IMG/VR virus record: IMGVR_UViG_3300034375_004361
Coordinates: 1-60,853 of that record
Length of the DNA stretch: 60,853 nt
Source: a virus
Lineage: Duplodnaviria; Caudoviricetes
Reading direction: 5' to 3' (one strand)
The notes beneath the pieces are model-generated. The model saw only the letters and a list, made by a program, of their open reading frames with translations. It was not told where the DNA came from and did not search any database. A program made the translations under genes and the position numbers. Numbering within the stretch: the first letter of the stretch is position 1; every line of letters begins with the position of its first letter. Positions 19,454-30,100 of this stretch are shown here, piece by piece.

Positions 19454-20476
19454 ATGCCTAGTTGGAAAAAGATACTTATTGCTGGTGATATTTCGGACAC
19501 CCATATTGGTAGTGCCAACAAAACGATAACTACGTCAGCACGTACTCTGACGTTAGGTGATTTATCTTCAGGGGTTGGCATCTTTGCTATCCAAGATAGT
19601 TCAGGCAACCAAATCCTGACGGTATCGCATGTATCAGACGAAAACTCTATCACCATTGCTGGAGATGTGTCAATAAAAGATGACGGTGCTGGCGGTGACA
19701 ATTCGACCCTGAAGATTTACAATGGTGCAAGCAACTTTATCGGTTTCAAGTCACCCAGCCTTACTGGGGCTACAACGTTCACATTGCCTGACTCTGACGG
19801 TAACGCTAACCAAGTCCTAAAGACCGATGGTAGCGGCAACCTTTCTTGGGTCGACCAGTCTGGAGGAAGCGTTGACGGTAGTGGTTCTAGCGGTAAAGTA
19901 GCTCTCTGGCAAGATTCCAATACGCTTACGTTTGATACAGGAATCACTTACGATGGTTCCGCTGATAGCGTAACTGTAGGTGGTTTAACTGCAACTTCTG
20001 GTGGAAGTGGAAACGGTGGTGTTAGTGGAGTCTTTGGAGGTTTCGGCCACATCCAGGTGGCTGCAACTATGAGTCCCAACGGCACAACCGATGGAGCTTT
20101 TGGTATAGGAACAAGAATGTTCGAGAAGCTTGCTGTAACCGCAGGTATAGAGGCAGGACACGTGTACTACTACAGAGATGGGTGGGCTCTTGCAGACAAA
20201 GACAACACTGAATCAATCAATCTTTTAGCTGTTTCCACTGATGCCGAGAACTCTGGAGCAGAGATGATATGTGAAGGCTTTGTAAGGATGGATTCTGGTA
20301 ACGGATTCACTGGTCAACCAGCAGGTACGCCAGTATACATCGGCGACAGTGGAGATGTTACGGCTTCAGCCCCTACGGGTTCAGGTGACATTGCTCGTGT
20401 TGTTGGCTACGTCATCAGCGCCTCTTCCAAGTTTATCTACTTCAAGCCAGACAACACCTGGGTTACTGTTGAGTAA
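19454..20476 (+). CDS. Fibre/structural protein
   Basis: TFTLPDSDG.ANQVLKTDGSGNLSW fibre motif; C-terminal GTPVYI...APTGSGD..RVVGY domain. Confidence 0.8.
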   Translation: MPSWKKILIAGDISDTHIGSANKTITTSARTLTLGDLSSGVGIFAIQDSSGNQILTVSHVSDENSITIAGDVSIKDDGAGGDNSTLKIYNGASNFIGFKSPSLTGATTFTLPDSDGNANQVLKTDGSGNLSWVDQSGGSVDGSGSSGKVALWQDSNTLTFDTGITYDGSADSVTVGGLTATSGGSGNGGVSGVFGGFGHIQVAATMSPNGTTDGAFGIGTRMFEKLAVTAGIEAGHVYYYRDGWALADKDNTESINLLAVSTDAENSGAEMICEGFVRMDSGNGFTGQPAGTPVYIGDSGDVTASAPTGSGDIARVVGYVISASSKFIYFKPDNTWVTVE

Positions 20477-21438
20477 TGCCTAACATTTCCAACGTCCTTG
20501 GTGTATCTGCCGCCGACATCAACAAGGTCATCAATGTTGCTGAGGCAGATATTGACCAAGTCATTGGTTACGACCTAGTTACGTTTGAGAACACCAAGTC
20601 GTTGTTCACCGACGGGGTCAATGATTTCGTTACGATTACACTGTCGTCTGATATCATCCCTCACAACTCAGGTTCTATTTCTTCTTGGGTTAAGGTTGAC
20701 TCATCCAACACATCGACTAAGTTCTTCTACAGCATCTATGATGACTCTGCCACAAGCCGTGGTAGAATCGAACTGCAGTACTTCAACACCAGCGGCAGCA
20801 ACGTGTTTGCTCTCAACGGGGCGTTTAGGGATGAGATAGCAAGCAATAGTTTTGCTGTGAGGATGTGTAACGCTAAAACACATCCAGACCACCATGGAGA
20901 GCCATGGAACAGGATTGCAAGCACCTATGGCCCCTTTAACCACGCGACAGACACCATCTACAACGCGAATGCGATGAAGGGGAACTGGCATCATGTAGTC
21001 TGGACCTGGAATAAGGACGCCACCTACACCTATGATGGCACAACCTATAATGGTAGGATGAGGCTTTACTTCGACGGTGTTAAAGTGAACGAGGGCGTTT
21101 CTTCTTTTGCGTCACACAACGGAACTGGTACAGCACAGGGCTTGGCTGGCATTAGTCTCGGAACGACTTTTGACAAGATTAGAATCGGAGCTAGATTCAA
21201 TGAGAACAACGATATTGATTGTCTCACTGATGAGCTTGCAATCTTTGACGGAGAGTTGACCGACGCTCAGGCGGCAGCGCTTTACAACAACGGTGTCCCA
21301 GGAGACGTGTCTTCACAGGTGAGCAATACTCTTGTTGGTTGGTGGAGATTCGAGGGTAACCTAAACGACAGCTCGACAAATGGCAACAATGGTGTCGCTT
21401 CCAACGGGGCTACCTTTAGTACAGATGTGCCGTCATGA
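20476..21438 (+). CDS. LamG/concanavalin-A-like lectin domain protein (candidate receptor-binding tip)
   Basis: SISSWVK, WHHVVWTW, LYFDG, DELAIFD..LT, LVGWWRFE. Confidence 0.8.
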   Translation: MPNISNVLGVSAADINKVINVAEADIDQVIGYDLVTFENTKSLFTDGVNDFVTITLSSDIIPHNSGSISSWVKVDSSNTSTKFFYSIYDDSATSRGRIELQYFNTSGSNVFALNGAFRDEIASNSFAVRMCNAKTHPDHHGEPWNRIASTYGPFNHATDTIYNANAMKGNWHHVVWTWNKDATYTYDGTTYNGRMRLYFDGVKVNEGVSSFASHNGTGTAQGLAGISLGTTFDKIRIGARFNENNDIDCLTDELAIFDGELTDAQAAALYNNGVPGDVSSQVSNTLVGWWRFEGNLNDSSTNGNNGVASNGATFSTDVPS

Positions 21439-21665
21439 GTTACTATGTAATTATAGATTCTTCTGAAATAGATTCAATGGACTTCTCTAAGTTGCTCGAC
21501 GATGAGGCAACTGTAAGAAGGAACCTCGCTGGAACTAAGGCAGTTGTAGAGTACGAGGGGAGAAAGCCAGGCTTTTTGTACGGTAAGGACAGGTACACGA
21601 AGTCTCAGATTCAAGTCATCATGAACGACTACGACGAGGGCTGGAATCTCCAAGACGAAGAATAA
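21435..21665 (+). CDS. Small conserved phage protein following LamG gene
   Basis: YVII...ID..DFS......TVRRNL.GTK..V.Y. Confidence 0.7.
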   Translation: MSYYVIIDSSEIDSMDFSKLLDDEATVRRNLAGTKAVVEYEGRKPGFLYGKDRYTKSQIQVIMNDYDEGWNLQDEE

Positions 21666-21678
21666 CTATATTTGTTGC

Positions 21679-21972
21679 ATGTCCAACACGCGGATTAAGA
21701 ACCTTTTGAAGAAGCATGGCTTGTCAGGTGTTAACAAACCTAAAGCCACGCCGAAGCACCCAAAGAAGTCACACATGGTGTTGGCTAAGGTGGGTGACAA
21801 GGTTCGTCTTATCCGATTTGGAGAGAAAGGCGCAAAGACAGCAGGCAAGCCTAAGGCAGGTGAGTCTTCAAAGATGAAGGCCAAGCGTAAGTCGTTCAAG
21901 GCACGTCATGCCAAGAACATTGCCAAGGGTAAGATGTCTGCTGCATATTGGGCAAATAAAGTAAAGTGGTAA
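21679..21972 (+). CDS. Basic conserved phage protein
   Basis: KKSH.VLAK.G...LIRFG..G...RKSFKARH......KMSAAYWA.KVKW. Confidence 0.8.
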   Translation: MSNTRIKNLLKKHGLSGVNKPKATPKHPKKSHMVLAKVGDKVRLIRFGEKGAKTAGKPKAGESSKMKAKRKSFKARHAKNIAKGKMSAAYWANKVKW

Positions 21973-21982
21973 AATATATTTC

Positions 21983-23107
21983 ATGAAAGACCTAGCTACA
22001 GCACTGGGTGATGCGGGTTTGACTTTGTCAGATACGCCCCCAACACAAGAAACACCTCAACAAGATGTACAGACTGACGCGCCTGTTGAACAAGCTGCTC
22101 CTGTCATTGAGGAACCAGTTTCTCAACCTGAAAATCAACCTGTTCAAGAGCCTCAGCTGGTGGATGAACCGCCAGTCACTGAAGCTCCGCAGCAAGTTGA
22201 GCAAGCTCCGCAGGAGCAAGTAACCACGGAAGACTTCTCCGAGAAAGACCTCGACGCAGAAGTTCTCAGATACATGAGCGAAAGGCTCGGGTCTGAGTTC
22301 GACAGCTTCGATTCTATCAAGGAGAGATTCAATACAGCTCCCGTCGAAATCGACGAGCGGGTGGCTGCCATTAACAAATTCGTCCGAGACACAGGGCGGA
22401 GTCCAGAAGACTGGTACCGTTACCAGCGGTTGAACACATCCGAAATGGATGACATGACAGCTGTTCGGAACCACATGCAGATGGAGCATTCAAACCTCAA
22501 CAATGAGGAGATTGACATGCTGCTCGGAAGCAAGTACAAGCTGGACTCTGACTTGAACTCAGAGGGAGATGTTAAGATGGCGCAGCTCCAGCTCAAGATG
22601 GATGCGGAAGCGGCAAGGAATGCTATCGAGGGTGTCCGTAAATCTTACGAGGCTCCTGAGGTTCAGCAATCCGAACCAGAATCCTTCATCAATGACGAAT
22701 GGATTTCTACGATGAGAGGTGAGGTTGAAGACCTTGACGGGTTAGTGTTCGGTTTGCCCAACGGCAATCAGTTCACCTACGGTTTGAACAAGGACTACAA
22801 ATCAAAGCTCATCGACAAGAACGCAAAGCTCGACCAATACTTTGATGACTACATCAGCGAACAAGGCAACTGGGACTTCGATAAGCTCAGTTCTCACAGG
22901 GCGTTGATTGACAACATCGACGAGATTGTTGCTTCTGTCTACAGGCAAGGTATCAGTGATGGACAACGAAAGGTTGTTACCGACGCTGGAAACGTTTCTA
23001 CGAATACCAACCCACAGCAGAACATTCAACAGTCGCAAGCATCTAAGCTGGAAGAGCAGCTGAGAAATGCATTAGGTCAAGGAGGAGGGATGACTTTCAA
23101 ACTCTAA
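21983..23107 (+). CDS. Putative capsid scaffolding protein
   Basis: Acidic, disordered N-terminus, helical; immediately upstream of capsid gene. Confidence 0.65.
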   Translation: MKDLATALGDAGLTLSDTPPTQETPQQDVQTDAPVEQAAPVIEEPVSQPENQPVQEPQLVDEPPVTEAPQQVEQAPQEQVTTEDFSEKDLDAEVLRYMSERLGSEFDSFDSIKERFNTAPVEIDERVAAINKFVRDTGRSPEDWYRYQRLNTSEMDDMTAVRNHMQMEHSNLNNEEIDMLLGSKYKLDSDLNSEGDVKMAQLQLKMDAEAARNAIEGVRKSYEAPEVQQSEPESFINDEWISTMRGEVEDLDGLVFGLPNGNQFTYGLNKDYKSKLIDKNAKLDQYFDDYISEQGNWDFDKLSSHRALIDNIDEIVASVYRQGISDGQRKVVTDAGNVSTNTNPQQNIQQSQASKLEEQLRNALGQGGGMTFKL

Positions 23108-23125
23108 CGCCTAAAAAAACTAATC

Positions 23126-24562
23126 ATGGCTATTACCGTAACTAACAACGGTGGAAACCCTGGACCAAAGGGTATCAACAACTCGGTCTTTAACAGACTC
23201 GACCCCGCGAAGTACACTTCTTTGCACGATTTTATTGACGAAGTCAACGCACCTGACATCCGTGCTCAGCTCGTGAAGACTTTCGGTGACCAGGGTATCA
23301 CTGGTTTCCTGAAGTTGACTGGTGCTGTGAACAGCGCAGGTACTGCTGACGAAGTCACTTACTGGGAAGAAGCTCGCTTGCACCAAAGACAAACAGGTCT
23401 CGCTAAAGGCGCTGTGACCGCTGCGGACAAGTCATTCATCATTGACGGCATCCACGCTCAAGGCGGTTCTGGATACGACGCCGACGGTGAAGACGCAACT
23501 GTCAAGCCTCTCGTGGCTCGCAAGGGTGACATCCTCTTGGTGGGTGGTGTCGACAGATTCATCGTCAGCGACGTGTCTGTCACCACCGCAACTGGAGCGA
23601 CTGAGATTACACTGAAGTCATTGCTCGATGGTGGTATCACCACAGGCATCTCTGACAACGGCGCCTGCGACTTCCCAATCGTGGGTAACATGTTCGAGCA
23701 AGGCACCGACCAGCCCGACCGTTACTTGGAGTCTAACGTGGTTAAGAGAACCAACCCATACGCCATCGTGAAGGAAGTCTTCAAGGTGACTGGTTCTCAA
23801 GCTACCAACATCGGCTACGTCGACCTCGGTGGTGGTGACTACAGATGGTACCTCAAGGGTGAGGGTGACACTCGTCAACGCTTCATGGACAAGCGTGAGA
23901 TGACTCTCTTGCTCGGCGAGAAAGCCACTAGCACTGACTCTGGATTGCCTTCTATCGACGGCACTGAGGGTTACTTCGCTGCATTGGAAGACAGAGGTAT
24001 GGTTACCAGCAACATCATCGGTAACACTACCAGTGACTTTGGCGACATCGACGCCCTCATCACACAGATGGACAAGCAAGGTTCTCCTTCTGAGTACGCT
24101 ATCTACGCAAACACCGCGCAGATGTTGGCCTTGGATAACATGCTCGCTAATGGTGGTACCGCAGCCTCAACCTCTGGTTTGGCTGCTAACTACGGTGCAT
24201 TCAACAACGACAAGGACATGGCTCTGAACTTGGGCTTCCAATCCTTCGCACGTGGCGGATACACCTTCCACAAGCACAGCTGGAAGCTCTTGAACGACCC
24301 AACCTTGTTGGCTGGCTCTGCATTCAAGGGTGTCTGCATTCCTTTGGCTAACGTTACTGACCCTCAGACTGGTGCTAAGGCTCCAGCTTTGGAGATGAAC
24401 TACAAGGCCTCTGGCGGATACAGCAGAGAGATGGAGCACTGGGTAACTGGTGGTGGTGTCCTCGGATTCAACAACAACGGAAAGGACGTTGCTGAGTTCA
24501 ACTACCGCTCTGAGTGCAACTTGATTACTCGCGCTGCTAACCAGCACGTGTTGATTAAGTAA
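23126..24562 (+). CDS. Major capsid protein
   Basis: 478 aa, strongly biased codons, position after scaffold, followed by terminator; VTGSQATN, LGFQSF.RGGYTFHK. Confidence 0.8.
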   Translation: MAITVTNNGGNPGPKGINNSVFNRLDPAKYTSLHDFIDEVNAPDIRAQLVKTFGDQGITGFLKLTGAVNSAGTADEVTYWEEARLHQRQTGLAKGAVTAADKSFIIDGIHAQGGSGYDADGEDATVKPLVARKGDILLVGGVDRFIVSDVSVTTATGATEITLKSLLDGGITTGISDNGACDFPIVGNMFEQGTDQPDRYLESNVVKRTNPYAIVKEVFKVTGSQATNIGYVDLGGGDYRWYLKGEGDTRQRFMDKREMTLLLGEKATSTDSGLPSIDGTEGYFAALEDRGMVTSNIIGNTTSDFGDIDALITQMDKQGSPSEYAIYANTAQMLALDNMLANGGTAASTSGLAANYGAFNNDKDMALNLGFQSFARGGYTFHKHSWKLLNDPTLLAGSAFKGVCIPLANVTDPQTGAKAPALEMNYKASGGYSREMEHWVTGGGVLGFNNNGKDVAEFNYRSECNLITRAANQHVLIK

Positions 24563-24576
24563 TCTGATTGGTAATT

Positions 24577-24604
24577 GGAGGGGGGAATCGGCCTCCCTCC
24601 TTTT
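24577..24604 (+). terminator. Intrinsic terminator after capsid gene
   Basis: GGAGGGGGG-loop-CCTCCCTCC followed by TTTT. Confidence 0.7.
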
Positions 24605-24631
24605 ACTTCCCACATCATAAAATTCATTATC

Positions 24632-25468
24632 ATGGAAAAGCAACCCGCAAAAAGAGGGCGGCCAGCGAAGTCGGCTCCTCAGGTAGCTGTTGAAACAGCT
24701 ACACCGAAGGCAAAGAAGCCTTCTATCAAGAGAAACATCCCTGACCTTGAAGCAAAGCCCTCGGCATTTGTTCCAGTCAACGGTAAGGGAGGAATCATCC
24801 TGAAGCTCAGGAACAGCAAGATTTCTACGTTCGACAAGGAGACAAACGCTGTGAGGGAGATTAGATATGCTCCTCTTGAGCAATCAATCTATGTAGACGA
24901 GCAGTCCGCGAACCCAACAGTTGAGCAGGTCTTCATCTACGACAAGCTTCTTGTTGTTCCTCTTGAAAAGCCTAACCTCAGAGAGTTCTTGCAAAAGCAC
25001 CCAGATAACAGAGCCAACGGTGGCTCCGTGTTTGAGGAACTGAACACGCAGGCTCCAAAAGCAACCGAGGTTAACAACGAATTTTTGGTTCACGATGCAG
25101 TGGCAATCATCAAGTCCAAGCCTTTGGCAGATTTGATTCCGCTTGCTATGTCATTGAGAATCAACATCGACCAGGACGACCTTAGTGTCAAGAGAGACTT
25201 GGTTCGCTACGCTCGTCGTAAGCCACAAGAGTTCCTTGATATGACCACCAACCCATTGGTTGAAATCAGAGGCCTAGTATCTCAAGCCTTTGACTTCGAC
25301 ATTGTTCGGGACAACGGTGGGGCTGTCGTTTGGTACGATACAAACAAAGTCATTGTGACTATCCCTGCTGGACAGAGTCACACAGAAACCCTGTCTAGAT
25401 TCTGCATGACCGATGCAGGTGCGACCGTGCGTTCTGAAATCGAAAGGCAGCTTGCAGAGATAGCCTAA
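24632..25468 (+). CDS. Conserved protein downstream of capsid gene
   Basis: Likely start MEKQPAKRGRP at 24632 (A-rich leader); REIRYA..EQSIYVDEQ, FLQKHP. Confidence 0.75.
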   Translation: MEKQPAKRGRPAKSAPQVAVETATPKAKKPSIKRNIPDLEAKPSAFVPVNGKGGIILKLRNSKISTFDKETNAVREIRYAPLEQSIYVDEQSANPTVEQVFIYDKLLVVPLEKPNLREFLQKHPDNRANGGSVFEELNTQAPKATEVNNEFLVHDAVAIIKSKPLADLIPLAMSLRINIDQDDLSVKRDLVRYARRKPQEFLDMTTNPLVEIRGLVSQAFDFDIVRDNGGAVVWYDTNKVIVTIPAGQSHTETLSRFCMTDAGATVRSEIERQLAEIA

Positions 25469-25488
25469 CACCGCGTGTGAGGCAGCAG

Positions 25489-25520
25489 AGGGGGAGTGGC
25501 CGAAAGGCCCTCCCCTTTTT
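25489..25520 (+). terminator. Intrinsic terminator
   Basis: GGGGAG(T)GGCC-GAAA-GGCCCTCCCC-TTTTT. Confidence 0.8.
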
Positions 25521-25552
25521 CGTTATATTTGCTGAGGCCCAAACTCGTAGAA

Positions 25553-26299
25553 ATGATAAGCGTTAAGCGGATATATGAAGTGTTAAAAGACCTCGCCAAC
25601 AAGGAGCAGCGGGGCTTTGTCAGTCCAACTGAGTTTAACACCATGGCTCCTATCGCTCAGATGGCTGTTTACAACAAGATGTGGGATGAGGTTCTTCTTG
25701 CCGAAAACATCGCACGCAGAAACCTTGACGGACAGCGGGGCATGTCTAAAGTTGACGACGTCAGAAATGAGCTGGCTATGTACATCAGCTTGGCTGAGAG
25801 AACTGCAAGCACAGGAACTACTCTTGCCAGAGGAGCGTCTTTGTTCTCTTACCCGTCGGACTACTACAGATTAGATTCTATTGAGACGGCGGGTGTAGAG
25901 GTTGGTGGTGAGACTACGTCGAAAGCCATCGACATCTTGTACGACCCATTCAAGTTGAACTACATTAGACGTAGCCCCCTGTCTAAACCTACGGTTGACA
26001 GACCCGTTGCACTTGTCACAACTTCTATCGAAATCTACCCAAGCTTAATAAAAAGGGCGAGACTGAGGTACTGGAGAATCCCTCAGGGGCGACTGCCGAG
26101 TGACGGCACCACATCTGTGTCACAGCCTCAGTACAACTTTACCGTTGTGGGTGGTGACGAGGTTTTTGATTCAGCCACCAGCATCAACTTCGACCTCCCT
26201 CAAGACAGGGAAGCAGAGCTCGTGGTGGAGATGGCAGGCATGATTGGAACAGCTCTTCGTGACGCGGCCTTGATTAACTACGGAAGACAGCAGAAATAA
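25553..26299 (+). CDS. Putative head-tail adaptor/tail ring protein
   Basis: Start MISVKRIY at 25553 after TATATTTG; LANKEQRGFVSPTEFN motif. Confidence 0.65.
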   Translation: MISVKRIYEVLKDLANKEQRGFVSPTEFNTMAPIAQMAVYNKMWDEVLLAENIARRNLDGQRGMSKVDDVRNELAMYISLAERTASTGTTLARGASLFSYPSDYYRLDSIETAGVEVGGETTSKAIDILYDPFKLNYIRRSPLSKPTVDRPVALVTTSIEIYPSLIKRARLRYWRIPQGRLPSDGTTSVSQPQYNFTVVGGDEVFDSATSINFDLPQDREAELVVEMAGMIGTALRDAALINYGRQQK

Positions 26300-27108
26300 T
26301 GGCACGTAACCTAGTAACAGTATCGGAGGTTGTAAGCGACTTCATGCTCTCTCTAGAGTACGACGACTACACCAAAAATGTATCTGACACCCTCGTTCAC
26401 AACTACGCCCTGCGTGGTATCCGAGAGATGGGATTCGATATGCTGCAGCGTGTTCGGTCCATCAAGCTTTCCAAGGGAAGTAACGACACCGTGGCTTTGC
26501 CTGACGACTTTGTGTCTCTGGTTAAGATTGGCGTCGTCGGTAGTGACGGATTGGTTTACGTGCTTTCGTCCAACCCCAACATCAACTACTCGCAGAAGTA
26601 CAAGAAGACATCTGGAGGTACACTGATTGACAGTGACGGTGATGGCGTGTACGACAGAGAGTCGGCAAAGGGTAAGACATCTGCTACAGGTATCGGTGGG
26701 GATGACGACCACATCGTCTTCAGCAACTACATCTACCAGAATAACGTTGGACAGCTGTACGGTCTGGGTGGTGGCAGGTACGAGGGGCAATACAGACTGA
26801 ACCTCGACCAGAACAGAATCGAGCTGATGCTCAACTCAGCATTCTCTGAAGTTGTGATTGAGTACATCGCAGATGAGGCAAGAAGCGTGAATCCAACAGT
26901 TCACACTATGGCGGAGGAAGCCCTGAGAGCGTACATCTACTACAAGATTATTCAGCGTAAGAGCGCTGTTCCTGCCGCTGAAAAAGCCAGGGCTAGGGCA
27001 GAGTACTTCAACGAGCTTAGAAGGGCTAATTCACGCTTGCAGGCGTTCAGCAAAGAGGATGCACTCCAGGTTATTCGTAAGAACTTCAAACAAGCTCCTA
27101 AGTACTGA
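26299..27108 (+). CDS. Putative tail ring/tubular protein
   Basis: LPDDFVS.VKI, VVIEYIAD, EEALRAYI; between adaptor and nozzle genes. Confidence 0.65.
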   Translation: MARNLVTVSEVVSDFMLSLEYDDYTKNVSDTLVHNYALRGIREMGFDMLQRVRSIKLSKGSNDTVALPDDFVSLVKIGVVGSDGLVYVLSSNPNINYSQKYKKTSGGTLIDSDGDGVYDRESAKGKTSATGIGGDDDHIVFSNYIYQNNVGQLYGLGGGRYEGQYRLNLDQNRIELMLNSAFSEVVIEYIADEARSVNPTVHTMAEEALRAYIYYKIIQRKSAVPAAEKARARAEYFNELRRANSRLQAFSKEDALQVIRKNFKQAPKY

Positions 27109-30100
27109 TGGCTATTGACAAGCTTACTCCCCAATATCTCAACCAAGACGACGACGAGAGAATCATCCAGCCGTTTGAGATGGTGGATGCTCTCAACATC
27201 CGTGTGTCTCACGAAGAGGATGGTGACGCTGGAGTCATCAAGAACGTAGAGGGTAACTCAACTGTTGCCGCTAAGAGTTCGTCAGATACTATTCCATCAA
27301 CGGGTCTTAACAAAGTCATTGGGGCTGTAAGCTCTGAGGCGTATCGTGCTGTATACTTTTTTCTGTATAACGGTGCTGGGAATCACGGCATCTACAAGTA
27401 CACGGCTAGGCCAACATCTGAGGGTGGTGATGCTTACCAAAAAGTTTACCAGTCATCTGATTTGAACTTTGGTCTGAAGACATACGTGTCTGCGGACATT
27501 ATTGTAAATCAGCAGGGCGAACACCTTTTGTACTTCACAGACAACAGGAACGAGCCGAGAAAGATTAACGCTACCAAGGCTCTTTCAAACATCTACCCTA
27601 CTGAGTTCAACACGGGGACAGCGGCACAGAAGGAGTTGTTCCTCACCGTCTGCAAGGCGCCACCAGTTACAGCTCCGACACATGAGTTTAAGAACAACGA
27701 TGCGATTGAAAGAAATCAGCTTTCCAACAAGTTGTTTCAGTTTGCATATCAATACGTTTATGATGACGGCGAAATCAGCGCCCTGTCTCCTTACTCTAAG
27801 ATTGCGGTAAGCCCAAATCACCTCGCCTTCAACTCTGCTCAGCGTGAACTTTTCAATGGCCTGAACAACGAGATTGAGATTACAGTCAAGTGTACTGTTG
27901 GGCCAGTAGAAAAGATTAGAGTTTTTGCCAGAGAGGGGCAGACGGGGTTCTTTCACAGGATTGCTGAGATTGACAACAACAGAAGTCTAGACACTGAAAC
28001 TGTTGTCTTTAGAAATGACGGCTTGTATTCTCAACTAGATGAGGACTCAGCTAATAAGCCGTTTGATGCTGTGCCAAGAAAGGCTCTTGCTCAAACCTTT
28101 TCAAACAGCAGACTGTTTTACGGAAACTACCTTGAGGGTTTTGATAACCTCAGCAGGGTGAGCTCTATTCAGTACCCCGTGTACAATGTAGAGCTGCTTC
28201 CTAGTACCATACCGTCGGCACCGAGAACGACCTACAATACAGGGCCATTCTTTGGGGATTTGGTTAATACTGACACAGAATACATTCAGACTGGTCTTGC
28301 GGTTGGTGGTCTTTTTGAAAACCTTTCTCAAGGTAACCTGTTTGAGATTCCAGAAATTGGTCAGCTACCTGTCCCTACAGGAAACTTTGAAGACGTCCAA
28401 CAATCTTTTTCTGGTAAGCCTGTTGGATTTAAGATTGACACCTCTGAGATTCCTTCTGCAGGTCTTGCTGTAGCATCAAAGCTACTTCTATCCTACACCG
28501 TATCTGGAGACTCTATCGGTATTGCAAATATCTCCGAGTATACAACTGCAGATGTGGCTCACAACTACGAGCGGAATGCCTTTGATATCGACATTAAGCT
28601 ATTCAAAGACAACACCGTAGTCAGCGGGGCTCCTGATAAAATCTCGGTTCTAAACCCTGCCAGTCACTCTAGAAGAAATTCTTCAGGAACCTATGTGGGT
28701 GGAGTAGAAAACAGAGAGCGTGTAGGTTCTTTGAATAATCTTCAGATTCAAGGAGGCTTCGACATTAACGCTGAAATTTCTGTACCTGCTGGTACGGATA
28801 AGGACGGGATTATTGAACTTATTGTCGGAGCAATGAATGCTCTTGACCCTGTAGTTGTGGGTGTTCGGTCTACTAAGACAAACAGCTCAGACATTGAACT
28901 TGCCAGTTTGCTCGGCCTTACTAACACCAATCACATACTGTCTGCTGTAAACACCAACAGTGTTCTTCTCGGTGAAGACATTTCAAACAACGTCTATCAG
29001 GCTCACGACGAGACCACAAACGAGTTCAACAGCTGGATTTTCATTGATTGGGATGGGGCGTTCACAATGACTTCAGATGCATTCTATAGTGCATCTAATG
29101 ATGCTGTCCTGGTTCGCTTCCAAACAAGTCAAGTAGACCTCGTTGCTGTTGGTGCTGCGAGTGGCCTTGTTGGTCTTAGCCAATCGCACTGGTCACCAGC
29201 AAACTTTACCTCTGGATACGTTTACACATCCACAGAAGTTCAGTGTGAAATCCACACTGGTGATGTTTCCAGTAATGTTGGTGGTCATCCTTTTAGAGAC
29301 TTTGATTCTTCGGACACAACGTATGCAACAACGATTAGGAACATGTCTGTTGCTGGTACGGGTTTGCTTGTCCCTGAAGATTCCGATGTTAACGAAAACA
29401 AGTCTTTCAAGACTGGCGCAACTCACGAGTTTGGAGTGGTTTACTACGACCACAGAAACAGAAGCGGCGGTGTGCAGAAGCTGGGCTCAGTAGATGTTGT
29501 TCCTTTTGGCAACATTAAGAGAGGAGGGAGAAATGGAAGAACACAGATTGATTTAAGGATTATGCACGAGCCACCCGAGTGGGCTACAAGATGGGCTCCT
29601 GTGTATTCATCCAACACAAGCTATGAGTCTTTCTTACAGTTTACTGTATCAGAAGCTCTTCTTCCAAACCTTACGCTATTCAGAGACATTCTATCACCAG
29701 CTGGTGTAGATAATGTTTCGGGTGATGACGTTTCGGATTCTTTAGCAAACAGCAGGCTAATCAACAGCTCCTTAGGTGGAGACATCCGCTCTGCCATTTT
29801 TCTTTCTATGCGTCCGCTTGAGGGTAAGAACAATTCTTACAAAGAGTTCAAGGGTGGGGAATTGTCATATCAATATCAAGAAGGTGACATCCTTAGGGTT
29901 GTGTCTTATGAAAGTCCAGATGGACAAACTATCTTCCCTCAGTCCAAAGAGTTTAAGATTACTGGATACAACTACTTTGTTGACGATGAGAGTAATCCCC
30001 TCGAAGTATCCAGACCATCTGAAAACACACCTGAAGAAGCCGAGAGCGAAAAGAAAGATGACATCTACAGAAGGACGGGGTGGTTTTTGAGCGTAAGGGA

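Noticed and set aside
13512-21438. Diversity-generating retroelement targeting fibres
   Set aside because: No reverse transcriptase and no template/variable repeat pair differing only at adenines
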